A DNA stretch of 64,000 bases from Cyanophora paradoxa CCMP329. Taxonomy: Eukaryota > Plantae > Glaucophyta. This document shows positions 1-12,870 of this stretch, piece after piece (position 1 is the stretch's first letter; every line of letters starts with the position of its first letter). The translations under genes were made by a program, and so were the position numbers. The stretch is taken from positions 477,554-541,553 of the forward strand of contig QPMI01000071.1 in assembly GCA_004431415.1 (NCBI GenBank), written 5' to 3'. A model generated the notes under the pieces. It was not told the origin of the DNA. It saw only the letters and a list, made by a program, of their open reading frames with translations, and searched no databases.

Positions 1-389
1 ATAAGGCTCAGTTTCGTGCGGATCCGGTACGAAATTTTCCTAGATGTATGGCCATACAAAGGCGACGAGGAAAAGGCCAGTTTCGCGGCGAGCTAGCCGA
101 GCTAGCAGCGCGCCCGGCCGGCGTCTTATTGCTCCAGCGTTCGAGTCCCGGGAAGGGCAGTTGGGGGGAGCGGGGGGGCCTGGGCGGGCCTTGAGCTGCC
201 TTGCGCTGTCGAGGGCTGAAGAGGGGGCCGGGGCGCAGCGACCCCCGAGGCCAACTTCTGCACGGCGAGACATTGGCGCGAAACCAAAAATTTCCCTGCT
301 CTAGATTGCTCTAAACTGCACTTCTGACGTGCTCAGTTTCGCGCCAATCGTTCGCTGTGCTCCGCTAGAATTTCGGCTGGACATGTATG

Positions 390-822
390 GCGGAATGACA
401 TTATTCTGACATCATTCTGACATTACTAGACAGCGCGAGACTTGACCTTCAAATGCTAGAATCAGCTCGGAAACTAGGCCGGCGGGCGTCCCCGGCCCAA
501 CATTTAGCGTCAGGCGGTGCTCTTTCGATGATGAGTGTCCGCTTGCGCCGGTTTAATGTCAGAATAATGTCAACATGCCCGATATTATCTTGACTTTACT
601 TTGACAATATATATTGATACACTGTACTGTGACTTGAGTACTGCACTGGTACTGTACACTGTGACATCTGCTTGAAACAGCGCTAGCCAGGAGCGCTAGC
701 TCTGCTGTACATCGGTTAAATGAAAGGTGAAAAGAATCGGGTCTGACATTATATCGGTTATATATCGGGTCTGACATTATAAATAATGTCGGAGTACTGT
801 CAGAATAATGTCACTTCCCCCC
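390..822. mobile_element. Putative MITE / non-autonomous DNA transposon remnant
   Basis: Perfect 16-bp inverted repeat TGACATTATTCTGACA (396-411) / TGTCAGAATAATGTCA (798-813). A further inverted copy lies at 557-572 and CTGACATTA units at about 744 and 771. AT-rich and non-coding; no TSD identified. Confidence 0.4.
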
Positions 823-1504
823 CCTATCTACTAGTGGGAGGCCGCCGGGCGTTCAACGGCTGCAGGCCTAGGCCTAGGCCTGAGGGTTAAGCTTCAAGGC
901 TTGCGTATCGTAGTACTAGCTATATAGGCTAGTCACAGTAGTATGCATGATCGCATGCGCAGGCCAGAAGGAGTCGACGGTCGCAGAGTCGACGCAGACT
1001 CGCAGGCCCGCGGGCCGAGCTCGAGGCTCATCAGGCCGCTCAGCGGCTCGCAGCGAATGCCGCAGACTGCCCGCAGTGCGCGGCAGCTTCCGAAGTTCAA
1101 GGCTTAATTGCTACTGCCGGGCCAGTGCCAAGTGCCAACCCACTGGAACCCAGTGCCGGGCCGGTTGTTGCCGCAGTACTAGTGCGCCGCAACTTGCGCG
1201 CCAGCTACACTGCCGCGCGCAGTGCCGCACCGGCCGCCGGGGTACCATCGCATCATCGATTCGCATGTCACATTTTTTCTCGCGAGTAAGTACTTGAAGA
1301 ACCTCCTTGCAGGCTAGCCTGGCTAGGCCAGGCTGGCCTGTGGGCTCCTTCACAGGCTCCGTAGGCTCTTAGTAGGTTACAAGAGCAAAACCGAACTTTC
1401 GTTTATACAGAAGTTGTACTTTGATAATTACAAAACTATGTTCATGATTCATGATGTTGAGGAACAGAGTCAGGTCACGACTCAGCCTCACTTACTAGTA
1501 GGTA

Positions 1505-2115
1505 GTAGGTGGGGCGAGCGGCCGCGAGCCCCGGCCCCCGGCCCCCCGCCGCCGGGCCGCCGGCCCGGGCCCCCGCCGGCCCCCGGGCCCGCGCCCCCCC
1601 CCCGGGCGGGCCGGGCGGCCCGGGCCCCCGTACTACGGTAGCCTAGGCCCTATAGGGCCGTCACGGCGTAGGCTGCCGTAGCCTCCTCGAGCTCAGCCCT
1701 CCTGCCAGGCTGGCCCGGCCCCCGAGTCCTGGGCGGTACTACGGTAGCCGCTGGTGGGACTCGGGCCCCGGCGCCGCCGGGCCGGGCCGACGGGCCGGCG
1801 CCCGCCCCGGGCGGGCCGGGGCCGGGGCCCGGCCCCCGGGGCGGCGGGGCCGGGCCCCGGCCCGGCGGGCCCCGAGCCCCGGCTCCCGGCCCGGTGGCGC
1901 CCTGCCGTGGTGCACCCCGTCCCGGGACCCCGCGGCCCGGGCCCGGTCCCCGCGGCCGGACCCCGGCTCCCGGGCCGGAGTCCCGGCGGCCCGGCGGCCG
2001 GGCCGCGGCCCGCGGGCCGCGGCTCGAGCCGGCGAGCTCCCGGGTCCCGCGCGCGGCCAGGCCGGGCGGTGGGCGGGGCCCTAGTTGGAAACGGGGTAGG
2101 GCCCCCGGCCCCCCG
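1505..2115. repeat. Nearly pure G/C tract built of CCGG/GGCC/CCCGGG palindromes
   Basis: About 600 bp almost free of A/T, with recurrent GTACTACGGTAGCC (about 1630, 1737); GCCTAGGCC(C)TATAG recurs at about 1641 and 2162. Confidence 0.7.
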
Positions 2116-2638
2116 TATTCGGTAACTTACAAAACAACGAGTCGCGCAGCCTGCGGCGCAGGCCTAGGCCTATAGCTAGGCCTACTCCGTTTCCGGTCCA
2201 ACCGGCGGCCGGCCCAGTCAGAGCCCGAGCAGCGCTCGAGGCCGCCGGCGTGTTAGTATCCGCCCTCCTACCGGTAATAGCTACTAGTATAGTATCGGCC
2301 GGGCTGGGGCCGCTGGGCGGCTGCCAGCCAGTGCCAGGCAGTGCCAGCTGCAGCTGCAGCTGGGCGGCCTGCCAGCCAGGCTGGGACCTGGCCCTGGCCC
2401 CCCGCCCCTGGCCCCTGGCCCATGGCCAAGGCCCCTGACTGCAGCGCGCGCCGATCGCGAGACTGCAGTGACTCGAGCTCGGCGACTTCGCACGTGCACC
2501 GCGCCGAGACTGCAGTGACTACTTCGCACGTGCACCGCGCACTGTTTACTTGCTGGTACTTGCTGGTCCGCTGGGCCTACTCCGGTCCGGTACCTGGCCT
2601 GGAGCGGCGGCTCCGAATTCGAATCCGGATCCGAATCC

Positions 2639-5600
2639 TCACCTTCCTCCTCGGCCGGAGCCTCGCCCGGCGACGGCCGCGGCCCCCGGCCCCGCCTCGA
2701 CGCCCCCCTCCGCATTCTCCGGATTCTCCCCGCCGGCCCCAGCCCCCTTGAGCGTGCGGCCGCGGGGCTGCACGCCGGCGGCGCGGGCGGCGCGGGACTC
2801 GCGGAGGAGGGCCTCGAGGCCCCCCGCGTCCTCGAACCCGACCAGGGCCGAGCCCGAGCCCGAGGCCGGGGCCGAGGCCGGGGCCGAGGAGGGGTCCCGC
2901 AGGGGCCGGCTACGGAGCGCGTAGTACGCCTCCAGGTCGTCGCACCTGCCGGCCGATCAAATCGAGGGGTCAACCCGAATACTTCGGTGCGAAATTTCGA
3001 TCTAAGGGAAATTGTAGGAGTGATCTAGATCTTCAAGTGCATTAATGCATTAATCAGGAACTTATAATTCGAAGGGGCGTGGACGCACGCCTCGGCGGCG
3101 GCGGAGGCGGCGCCGAAGAAGGCGCGCGCGGCCGCGAACATCGCCCGCACCCGCTGCCCCCGTCGCCGTCATGATCAGAATTGAGGCCGAGGCCGTGGAA
3201 CCGGGCTCGGGAAAATTTTAAGCAAGACAGCTTGAAGCGAAGCTTGAACTTAAAACTTCGATTTCCTGATCATGAGCTTTCCAACGTTGAAAGCTTTAAC
3301 TCGAAGCTCTACCAAGCTTTAATTTCCCGAGGTAGAAGCTCTAACCATAACTTCAGCTTGGAGCTTTCCTAAGCTAAGATGGAATGAACTATATACAATT
3401 AACGTAACGGGCGCACGGAGTCGAGGACGGGGAGGGAGGGCGCGAAGGAGGGCCGCAGCAGCGCCGACTCCTCTGCCGTCGCCAGGTCTGCCGCGCGTGA
3501 AAATCGGCACCGGCACCGCGCGGCGCGCGAATCGAAACTCGCAACGGCGGCGCGAAACTCCGCGAAAATTCGAGCGGGCCGGGTTTTATATATTTGTTTA
3601 TTGATTTGGGTCCCGAGCGGAGCGCACCGAGCGGAGGGGGAAGGTAAAGGGCGTGGCGGCGGCCGGCGGAGGCCCGCGCCGCGCCGCCCTTGATCTTGCG
3701 CCGCTTGGCGGGCCGCTCGCCCCCCGGGCCCCCCCGGGCGCCGCCCTCCCCGCCGGGCGCTGCAGTGGCTGCCGGCACCGGCGGTGCCAGCCGCCGCATT
3801 GCGATGCCGCCGGACGATGCCTGTGAAAATTGCGAATCATTAAAGTAGAAAGGAAAGTTCTCGATTCACAATTTAATTTGTTTCCCAAGACCTTGAAGAA
3901 GAAGCTCAACAAAATTAAAGACAGCTTAGATGCGTCGATAAATATCGATAAGAGCTCCGAAGGGCTCAGATATATGAAGGGTGAAGGCACCTCGTAGAAG
4001 GGGCGGGCGGCGATTGGGTCGGGCGGCTCGAGGAGGGGCCACGCCGCCGCATGGCTCCGCAGCGCGCGCATCAGCGCCGCCGCCTCGAGCCGGAACTGCT
4101 CGCATCGGATCAGATCAGATCAGATCGGATCGGATCGGATCAGAAGTCGGGTCGCGCCTGGGCGGCGAGGCGCGCGGAGGCGGCCTCTGGGTCAGCCTTT
4201 TGTCGCTTCTCTTTGGCCGGCGCGGTTTCGGGTTCGGGCCCGGGGGGAGGCGGCGGGGCCGGCGCCGGGACCGGCGGCGGCGGCGGCGGCGGCGGAGGCC
4301 GGACGCAGCCGCGCGGCAGGGTTGCGCGGGCCGAAATGGGCGGTCTGCGGGCCGGCCCGGCGGAGAGCGGGCTGCGCTCGGGCGCGGGCGGCGCGGCCGC
4401 GGGGACGCGGGGGGCGGAGGGGACGGGGGCGGGGAGCCCCTGCCTCGCGCCCGCGGCCGCGGCGGGGCCGGGAAGCAGGAGGGGCGGCGGGGCGGCGCCG
4501 GCGGCCGCGGGCGCTGCCGATCCGGAGCCGACGCCGACTGGGCTCGCGAGGCGGGCCTCGGCCAGCGACTGTGCAAAGCAAATCATTAGCGCAGGCGGTG
4601 GCTCAAGACGAGCATTAGAATTCTCAAAGGATTATAATTAAAATGCGAGTGAAGACCTGGGCGAGGTCGCCGGTGGGGGAGGCCGCCTCGGGAGACGCCT
4701 TTTTCTTCTTCTTTGCCGCCGCTATCGATGTCGAACCGTATCGGAACTGGAGAGCGGAGGTCTTGGCCTTGGCGGCCGCGGCCGCGGCTGCGCGTGCGGC
4801 GCGCAGCACTCGATGTGAGCTCGCCCCGCGCGAAATTAAAGCCTAGCCGAAGCCTAGCCTGTAGTCTGCTCTCCTAAACGCTCGCGCACGGATCGGGCCG
4901 GTGTGGACGAGGAGGGCGTCGGGGAGCGCCGCGATGCGCCCCCGCACGAGCTGCGCCGAGCCGCGCCGCGCGAACGTTAACGTAATCGCGGCTCGGTAAT
5001 TTAAAATCGCGCTTAAAGCTCAAGCCACCCGCAGTGGCGGCGCCGGCACCGGGCGGGCACCTGCTTGGCGGCAAGGACGGCGGGGGCCAGCGACGCGCGA
5101 ACGTTAACGCGGCTCGGTAAAATTGCGCCTGCATCTAAATCTAGAGCCACCCGCAGTGGCGGCGGGCACCTGCTTGGCGGCAAGGACGGCGGGGGCCAGC
5201 GACGCGAACGCGAACCGCGCTCCCTTCGCACGCGCAGCGCCGGCGATCGGTTACAGACCTAGGCCGCGCCCAGGCATAGCCTAAGCTTAGGCCTAGGCCT
5301 GGGCCGCACCCCGCAGGCCTCTGGATCCGAGCTCCGGCCCTGTCCGCGGCCAGCGCCAGCGCCGGCGCCGGCGGAAGGGAGGCGGGCCTCCATGAGGCGC
5401 GCCCCGCGGTACTCCTTCACGTGCGCCGCCCAGACCTGGCGATCGCGAGCCGCTTGATCAGCGCCAGCGCTCGAACTCCGGATCCGGATCCGAAAGAAAG
5501 GCGGCAAATAGCTATAAATAGGGCCTCGAACTTCAAGGCCAAGTTGGAAAGAAATATTAATGGAAACTGAGATATGATATAGCAGCGACGTAGACACGTT

Positions 5601-7054
5601 TCAAGGGGTAAATCGCGATTGGGTTCATGGGCTTCTAGCACCAAATTAAAGGGAGAGTGGGTGACGGGCGAGGTCACGACATGTACATCCGAAATCGAGC
5701 TCGAGGCGGCAAATTCGAAGGCGGCGTCACAACGGCGTTCTTAAGCTTCTAGCTACACATATATATAGCTGTTGGCTCTAAATTACTTGACCGAGTCAGG
5801 GGGGAGAGGGAGGGCGAGGGGAAAGGCTAGTGGAAATAGTTATAAGCTTCAGGAGGAGGGAGGGTGGCGCCGGTGTTTGCCGGTGACTCCTTTTAGCTTT
5901 AGCCGCCGCACTCCCGAGTCAGGAGGGAGGGCGGCCGCGCACGTCTCGGGGGAGGGTGACGGCGGCGGTGAAGCCCTGCTTGCGGAAGTACCCCAGCGCA
6001 AACTCGTCTGCGTCGATGTTCAGACGCGCGCGTGAAAATCATAATCGATGTATGTTAATATAGGCGGCGAGGAATATATGTGTGTGTTCATCAATCATAT
6101 GCATAATAAGCGGAAAGGGGACTAGTAGACATAATAAGAGGAAAGGGGACCACCGCGAACTCGTCTGGCGGGCGAACAGTTCAGACGCGCAATATTAATA
6201 CGAGGATCGAAATCATAACCGATGCATATATGATAAGCGGCGAGGAATAATTATCGATGTTATAGGAAAAGGGGGACTGCTGCTCCGGGGCCGGACCGGC
6301 GAAGGTGAGGAGGTGGGTGTGGCCGGAGCGGCGGAGGCCATCCTTCAGGTGGCTCATCATGCGCGTCCCCAGGCCCTGCGCGCCCGGCCCGCGGCTCGAA
6401 ATCAAAGAATCACGAGGCTCGAAATCAAAGATTCGCGAGGCTCGAAATCAAAGATTCGCGAGGCTAGAAAAAGAAGCATCGATGTAGAGGGGACGCCGCC
6501 CCGCGCGCGGCGTTCTGGCGCGGCGCCACCGCGAAACGAGCGGCGTCATATTATTTGACGCTTTAAAATTTCGCAACGTGCACAGCGCGCGCCCCGCAAA
6601 GAAGCCTAAGCGAAATCTATCTCGGTCTCCATCTCGGTTTCTAGAGAGCGAAATCGTTCGCGGACTCCAATGCGGAGTTAATTTTGGCTGCACGTATTCA
6701 CCGCGAAATTCGCCGCCATCGCACTCTCGATTTATTGTGTTATACACTCTCAGCGCAAAACGCATTCTAGGATCGCCCTTGCGAACCGCTCGATATAATT
6801 GGCCGCCCATAAGTCGACATACAGCGCGCCCTATCGATATTTCGCACCTGGACCTGGTGTTCCTTCAGGACAGCGCAAAGTGCCACCTCCGCAAATCGGA
6901 CCTGCGGCGCAGCCGGGCGCGAAATTTTATGCTTTAATTTAATAAGCTTGCTAGGAGTAAATTTGAATTGAATTCAATAAGCTTGCTAGGCACCCCCTTG
7001 GAGTCCACGGATCGGTACGTGATGGCCCCCGCGACGCCGCCACCGGTACCGCCG

Positions 7055-7094
<40 letters not shown>

Positions 7095-8453
7095 TTCCGG
7101 CCAGCGCCACGAGGGTCTCGTGCGTCCTGTGGACACGGGCAGCGCACGATCAGCGGCGCCTGAAGCTGCACAAAATAGGCTCTCGGCTTTAACTTATAAT
7201 TAGGCTCTTATAACGATGTACGGCTTTTTAACTTACTCTTCATATAATTAGGCTCTTATTAGGCTTTAACTTATAACTAGGCTCTGCAGAGTTCGCGCAT
7301 GCGCATGCGCACCGGTCGAAGATAAGGCGGCCGATGTACGGGCGCGGGAGCAGCGGGAGCTGTCGGTCGTAGACTTCGCACGCGGCGGCCTGCGCGCGCG
7401 CGCACGCGGGCAGCGTCAGACTTCGATCCGCCCGGCGCAAAGGGAATGAGGCCCGGGCGCGCGCACTAGCCAGGAGAGCTGCTGGGCGTCGCGGCAGCTG
7501 GTCGCCAGGCGGAACGTGAGCTCTCCGCGCAGCTCCAGCACCGCACAGCGCTCTTCGCGCGCGAGGTGGTGCATACCGGGCTGCGATTCGAGGTTTTCGC
7601 GGTGCGTCATGATCAGCGCGAAAATGTCTACATCTGCAGCTGCAGGCCTAATTTTATAAGAGCGGGCCGTAGCTGGCGCTATCGACGTCGCGGTCTTTCT
7701 ATTCTGACGACTCACCGCTTTCATCGCCTCCGCGAGGGCCTTGAGCGAGGGCGCGGCCGGCGCACGAGGCGCCGCGACAGCGGCCGAATTCGAAGTCCGC
7801 GGCCTGGCCGGAGGCTGCGCAGGGGCACTAGGGGGACGAAAGGCTGCGCGCTTTGCCCCGGAAGCCAACGGAGCTGGACCTGGACCCGCGCGCGCTGCGG
7901 ATGGGCTGACGGACATGACTACAGCCCCGGCAGCGGGCGGGGCGGACGGGCTGCGGGCCGCCGCCGAGACGATATCGATGCCAGGCGATGGAGATGATGC
8001 TTCAAGAGCCCCGGACGCTGAGGAGCGCGGCCGCTGGGCGGGAGTGACGAGATCATGGAGAGAAGGCACGGATGAAGAGCCAGCGCGCTTCCGGCCAGGC
8101 GTGGCCTTGGGCGTGACGGACTCGTTGAGCTGCGGCAGCTCCAGATTCGAGAGAGCACTGTCGCCCGCAAGTGGCGCCGGCGGCTCGGCCGCGGGCGAGT
8201 GCTGTTGTAGTTTTGCGGGGGTCGGCTGGCCGTGGCCCTCGCGCAATCCGGCGCTGGCGCCAGGGTCGAGGGGGCTTCGAAAAAGCTCCGCGAAACCCGA
8301 AGGCGCCGGTCCTGGCGTGCCGACGTCGACGGTCTTCGCGGCGCTCGCGCTCCCGTCTGTGGTGCCATTCGGCGCAGCTGGAGACGTCAGCGGTGCGCAT
8401 TCTTCATTGGATGCGGTCGCGATCGACGCCTGTGCCGCGCCCGCAAAGTTCAT
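2639..8453 (-). CDS. Divergent GCN5/PCAF-like histone acetyltransferase with degenerate C-terminal bromodomain (multi-exon)
   Basis: Spliced exons read ELRGELTFRL..QLSWL|AAACEVYDRQLPLLPRPYIGRLIFDR|THETLVAL(G)nVAGAITYRS|VRFAEVALCAVLKEHQVQ|GLGTRMMSHLKDGLRRSGHTHLLTFA|DEFALGYFRKQGF|VWAAHVKEYRGARLME, colinear with the GCN5 HAT domain. Then LRSHAAAWPLLEP..PPLDLAT..RVRAMFAAARAFFG..CDDLEAYY, bromodomain-like. Confidence 0.85.
6394..6462. repeat. 23-bp tandem repeat x3 in a GCN5-like intron
   Basis: GCTCGAAATCAAAGA(A/T)TC(A/G)CGAG three times head-to-tail, no spacers. Confidence 0.9.
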
Positions 8454-8847
8454 GTTGCGCCGCCGAGCTCGCTGAGCTAGATATCGATCAATATCTAGAG
8501 AGAAACATTTTCAGTATAAATCCGCGCGCGTGGGGGAGCTAGGGGAGGAGGGGACGGAGAGGGGTGGGGGCCGGGATGGCCCATGGGGGAAGGGCTGATC
8601 ATGAGCGCTACATAAATATTTTAATATATAGCTCCCCCCTGCCGGCTGCGGGATTCCCTCTAGCTCAGATTTAAAATCCCCGCCCGTATATCCCTGCTCG
8701 CTTCCGTATACTTGCAGGGTGAATTTGCAATCAAATCTCGCGCCCTTACAGCGCCAGCTCAGCGGCTTCTGAAAAAACGCGCAGCTTTTCAAGTTTCGCG
8801 CCCTTCGACATCTCGCATATTCAGTGCAAGCTTGGATCGAAGGAAAG

Positions 8848-11502
8848 ATGCCCATCTTCATGAAATTCAACGAATCGGCGCTCTTCCCAGGGCTGGTTAT
8901 GCCAACGATGGTGAACAACCCTTTCATGCCTATCGCCTCCGACGGTCCGCCGGAGCAGGGGATCGGTATATTTGATGACAACAATGTCGAGGATCTCGTC
9001 GACATGGGCGGCGCTCATCCTTCTGAATGTGCGCTCATTCTTGGGAATGCCTCTTCTCTCAAAATAGACTCCAGTCAACCTCACGCGTGCGCAGGGCACA
9101 TTTGGGCGAGCTACGCCGATCGAATTCCCGCCAAAGTGAGGAAATCCGCGCAAATGTGAGCCAGCGCGCGTCCGCGAAGATTTCGCGCGCAATTATATTA
9201 ATTGTGTTCGCACACAGGGCGATCGAGGCCTGGGAGCCCCCGCCGGGCTCGCCCGAGCGCATCGAGATGGCACAGAAGGCGCTGCGGATCTCCCCGCACT
9301 GCACAGAGGCGTCGAGGCTACGACGCGCGAGGTGCCTCCACGCGCGCGAGTTTGCGCGCCTGCTTCCTTCGCTCATCTTAATTTGAACTCCGTCCGCAGG
9401 AAGCGTTGCGCTGGTTCGAGAAGGGCATCGAGGCGGGCCCGCTCTTCTACGGCGAGAAGAATTTCGAGGACGCGCGCAGCGATGGCGAAATGTGGGATTA
9501 CCTTCCGATGCGCGGCTTCTACCGGGTGCGCGCTTCGATTCGAATTTATTTTTCGAACCCGTTCTCCTCCTCGCGCCGGCGCCGACCTGAATTTCTCGCC
9601 AGTGCTTGTTCGCGGCCGCCAACGTGCTGCGGAGGATGAACCGCTACAAGGATGCGTACGCCAAGTACAAGCGGCTCCTCGAATTCGATCCCAGAGTGTA
9701 CGCGCTTAACGCTTGTGCCCCGTCCGCTGCGGCGCTTTAATTTCGAATTCGCCAACTTCGGTCCGTTCGAATTCGAGCAGGTCCGCGAAGCACGGCACGG
9801 TGATCAACCCGTATCCCAGCTTCATCGAGTGCCTCCTCGGCCTCGGCAAGTGGGGCGAGGCTGCCGCGTACCTCTTCTCGCGAGACGAGGCGATGCTGGA
9901 GTTTGCTTTCAAGCCGTCCTCCTACCTCACCCGGACCTACACTCGCATTCTTGTCACTCTCAAGGTGCCTTTAATTTCTTCTTATCATAATGTTAATTAC
10001 ATATATATAATGCCCCGTGCTTTCTTGTACTAACTATCAGATAAATCCTGTTTAATCCTTTCTCGGTGCTCCGCCAAGTTTGATCCGATCCGCCGGCAGC
10101 TGGGCAAGTCGCCGAAGCTGCCCGGGCAGGCGATTCTGCAGTACCTGCTGACGACGTTCTGGGACGGCGTCTGCCCCGGCTGCGCGGACCGCGTGCCGCG
10201 GAAGCCGAGCAAGGAGGAGGTCGCGGCGGGCCACACGTGCAGGCCCGACCCCGTGCTCGCCCTGCTAGCCGGCGAGCCCCTGCCCGAGCGGCGGGACCCC
10301 GGGACGGTCACATTCGCCTCGCCCGCCACCGTCCGAACCTACGTCCGCCAATTCGGCAAGCACTGGCGCGGTGCGCTCTATCGCGACCTCCAGCTCTCTT
10401 CCGTCTAGATCTAGATCTAGATCTTTTCCCGTCTAGATCTAGATCTAGATCTTGTCGCGGTGCACGGCATCACGTCTAGATCTCTTCGGCCCGCTGTCCC
10501 GTCCGAATTGGCGCTGCAGCTGACTAGTGTTCTCGATCGCCGCAGCCGAGCCCGGAATCCTTGCTCAGGTGATTGAGATGGACCGCGTCGTCCGCCGCCG
10601 CTGCGCGGAAGGGCCCCGCCGCGAGTGTCCCACTCGGGTCCGCCCTCTAATTTCCTCTCCGGATCCCATATGCATGCCCGGCCCTTGCTTCGAATTCTCC
10701 GACACGCTCGCGCGCGGCCGCTGCAGGTTATCGAGGAATTCGGCTGCGGGTGCTGCGGCTTCCCGGGCGCGCCGAAGCCGCCCAAGCACGGGTCGAAGGC
10801 CGCGGCCGGGGCACACGCTTGCGCCGCCTGCGGCCGCTCTGGCGACGACCTCCTTCGGTGTGGAAGAGCCCAAGCTCTATACGCGTAGGCCGGCGCCCTT
10901 CCTTCTAATTCTGACCGCCGGCCCCGCGGCCGCGGCCAGCTGTGGCTGCCGGGAGGTGTACTACTGCGACACGAAGTGCCAGAAGACGCACTGGTGCACC
11001 CACAAGGTACGCTGCGTTCTCTGCTGCAGATTTCGCGCCCCGCGACCGGTTTTCGCAGGCCGCGTGCAAGCTTCAGGGTGCGGCGGCGGCCGCTTCCAAG
11101 CGCAGCGCCGAGAACGCGCCGCCCGCGAATTCAAAGGGAGCGGCATCGATATCCGAGTGCTCCGCGTGCGGCCGCTCCAGCGATGACCTCCTCCGGTGCC
11201 GCCCGCCTCGCGCGCGCGCTGCCGAGTCGGATGGCATGCAATGTCCTCATGGTCGCGCTTCGGGCTCGCGACCGGCGCAGGTGCTCGCAGTGCCGCCAGG
11301 CGCAGTACTGCGACGCGGCGTGCCAGCGGAAGCACTGGGCCGCTCACAAGGTCCGTTGAATTTAAATTGAATTTTCTCGGCGTCCAGTTGGGTTTGCTAA
11401 CTACTGGGTTTGCAGGCGGCGTGCACGGAGTCGGCGCAGAAGGCCTCCGGAACCGCTCGCGCCGGCGCCGGCGCGGCTGCCGCCACCGCCACCCGAGCCT
11501 AG
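8848..11502 (+). CDS. ST7/TPR-like helical protein with two C-terminal MYND zinc fingers; apparent frameshift at about 9310
   Basis: AIEAWE..ERIEMAQKALRISPHCTE..EALRWFEKGIEAG..GEMWDYLPMRGFYRCLFAAANVLRRMNRYKDAYAKYKRLLEFDP (ST7/bacterial TPR-like, from memory). MYND1 CAACGRSGDDLLRCGCREVYYCDTKCQKTHWCTHKAAC; MYND2 CSACGRSSDDLLRCSQCRQAQYCDAACQRKHWAAHKAAC. Confidence 0.75.
10404..10462. repeat. (TCTAGA)n palindromic microsatellite in an intron
   Basis: tctagatctagatctagatc twice plus an extra unit. Confidence 0.9.
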
Positions 11503-12870
11503 GTCGAATCTTGCATCCGTATCTGTCGGGGCGCGCGCAGCGCAGCGGGCCGCCGCTGCGGATTTGCAGCCTCCTGAGCCCACACACTCGCGTCAACCCC
11601 GTGTTCGCTTATGTTAGATTCTGTCGTTATCGAACCGTCTTTTAGATTCCGTCTTTATCAAAGCAAGCCGCGCAAGCCGCTGAGCCGCTCGGGTTCTTTT
11701 GCGGCCGCCCGCGCGCGCCAGCATCGAACACCGGTACCAATTGCAAGGGCGGGGCCAGGCCGCTGGGAGTTTAATTTCCCCTCCTCCGGATCCCCCGTCG
11801 GGCCGCAGGTCCTGCAAATTCACCCTCAAACACGTGCACAGCTTTTTTGTTCGCTAAGAATAAAAACAAAGCGAATTATGCTGGACCAGAACCTGAAATG
11901 AATCAGGAAAACATGCAATGAATCGGTTGCCGGTGAATATGAGCACGCATGCGAAAAAAAGAGTCTCATGATCAGCGAATTCGAACTGGCGAGGAAACAC
12001 CACAATCAGCGCCGGATAAGCTATTAAGCTAGCTACAACACATACAGCAAGTGCAAAAAGATGCGAAATACTAGCTGCTACAAGGATTGGTTCATGCGAA
12101 ACAATAATGTGCGAGAGACTCGCGATTGCGCCACGTGCACGTTGCAATTGCAATTGATGTCAAAAAATGCTTCAGCTCAAAAGAAGGACGCCTATTATCT
12201 TTACTTGTCATACTAGGAGAGGCGCTGGCTTGTCATACTAGGGTACACGCGCGCGCGGGGGTCTTGAGTCGGCGGCCAGTCATCGAACTCGGGAGCGCGC
12301 GAGATCGGAGTCATCGGACGTCGAGTCGTCGACGTCACCCGAACAATTGACCGCGCCGATCGAGGCAGTTCGATTCGCGAGCGGGCGAGTGGATTTCAAG
12401 CGCTCCGGCCCACGAACATGAAAGTTCAAAATCGTTTTCGTAGCCGCCATGAGCCTGCTATATATAGCCTATAGCTGCTGCAGCTGGCCAGCAGAGCCTG
12501 GCCTGCTTCAGGCAGCAGAATATTTTAATCAGGCTGCATTGTCACTGAGTCATGCCATCATGCAGGCTGCAGGCCCTGAGGTGGTAAAGAACGTCGTTTC
12601 TACAAAAAGTATTTACAATCGATATCACTTAGGAGAAAGAAAGCTTCTAATGCTAACTATAAAGGTTGCACTTGACGTCGAATAAGTACAATTTTTCAGT
12701 TCGTCTATATCTAGCAACTTGAATCTTTGGGGGAGGGGTGGAGGTTGTGGGGGCGGGGAGGGCCCGGGGGGGTCCGGGGGGAGGGGGTGAATGTGCGCTG
12801 AGGGGCATAGCTATAGGGGTGCGCGGAGGAGGGGCGGGAGGGCACATGCGCACCTGCGGAGGGGGCGGCG

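Noticed and set aside
6394-6462. CRISPR-like repeats (also 21403-21734)
   Set aside because: No unique regular spacers, no cas genes, and a eukaryotic intron/intergenic context.
11854-12350. Hydrophobic minus-strand ORF or possible small gene
   Set aside because: AT-rich, lacks the host codon bias, and no consistent exon chain could be built.
1-12700. Whole left region as one giant mobile element or endogenous virus
   Set aside because: No transposase, RT, integrase, Rep/helicase, PolB or capsid recognised; the genes present are intron-rich host-type genes.
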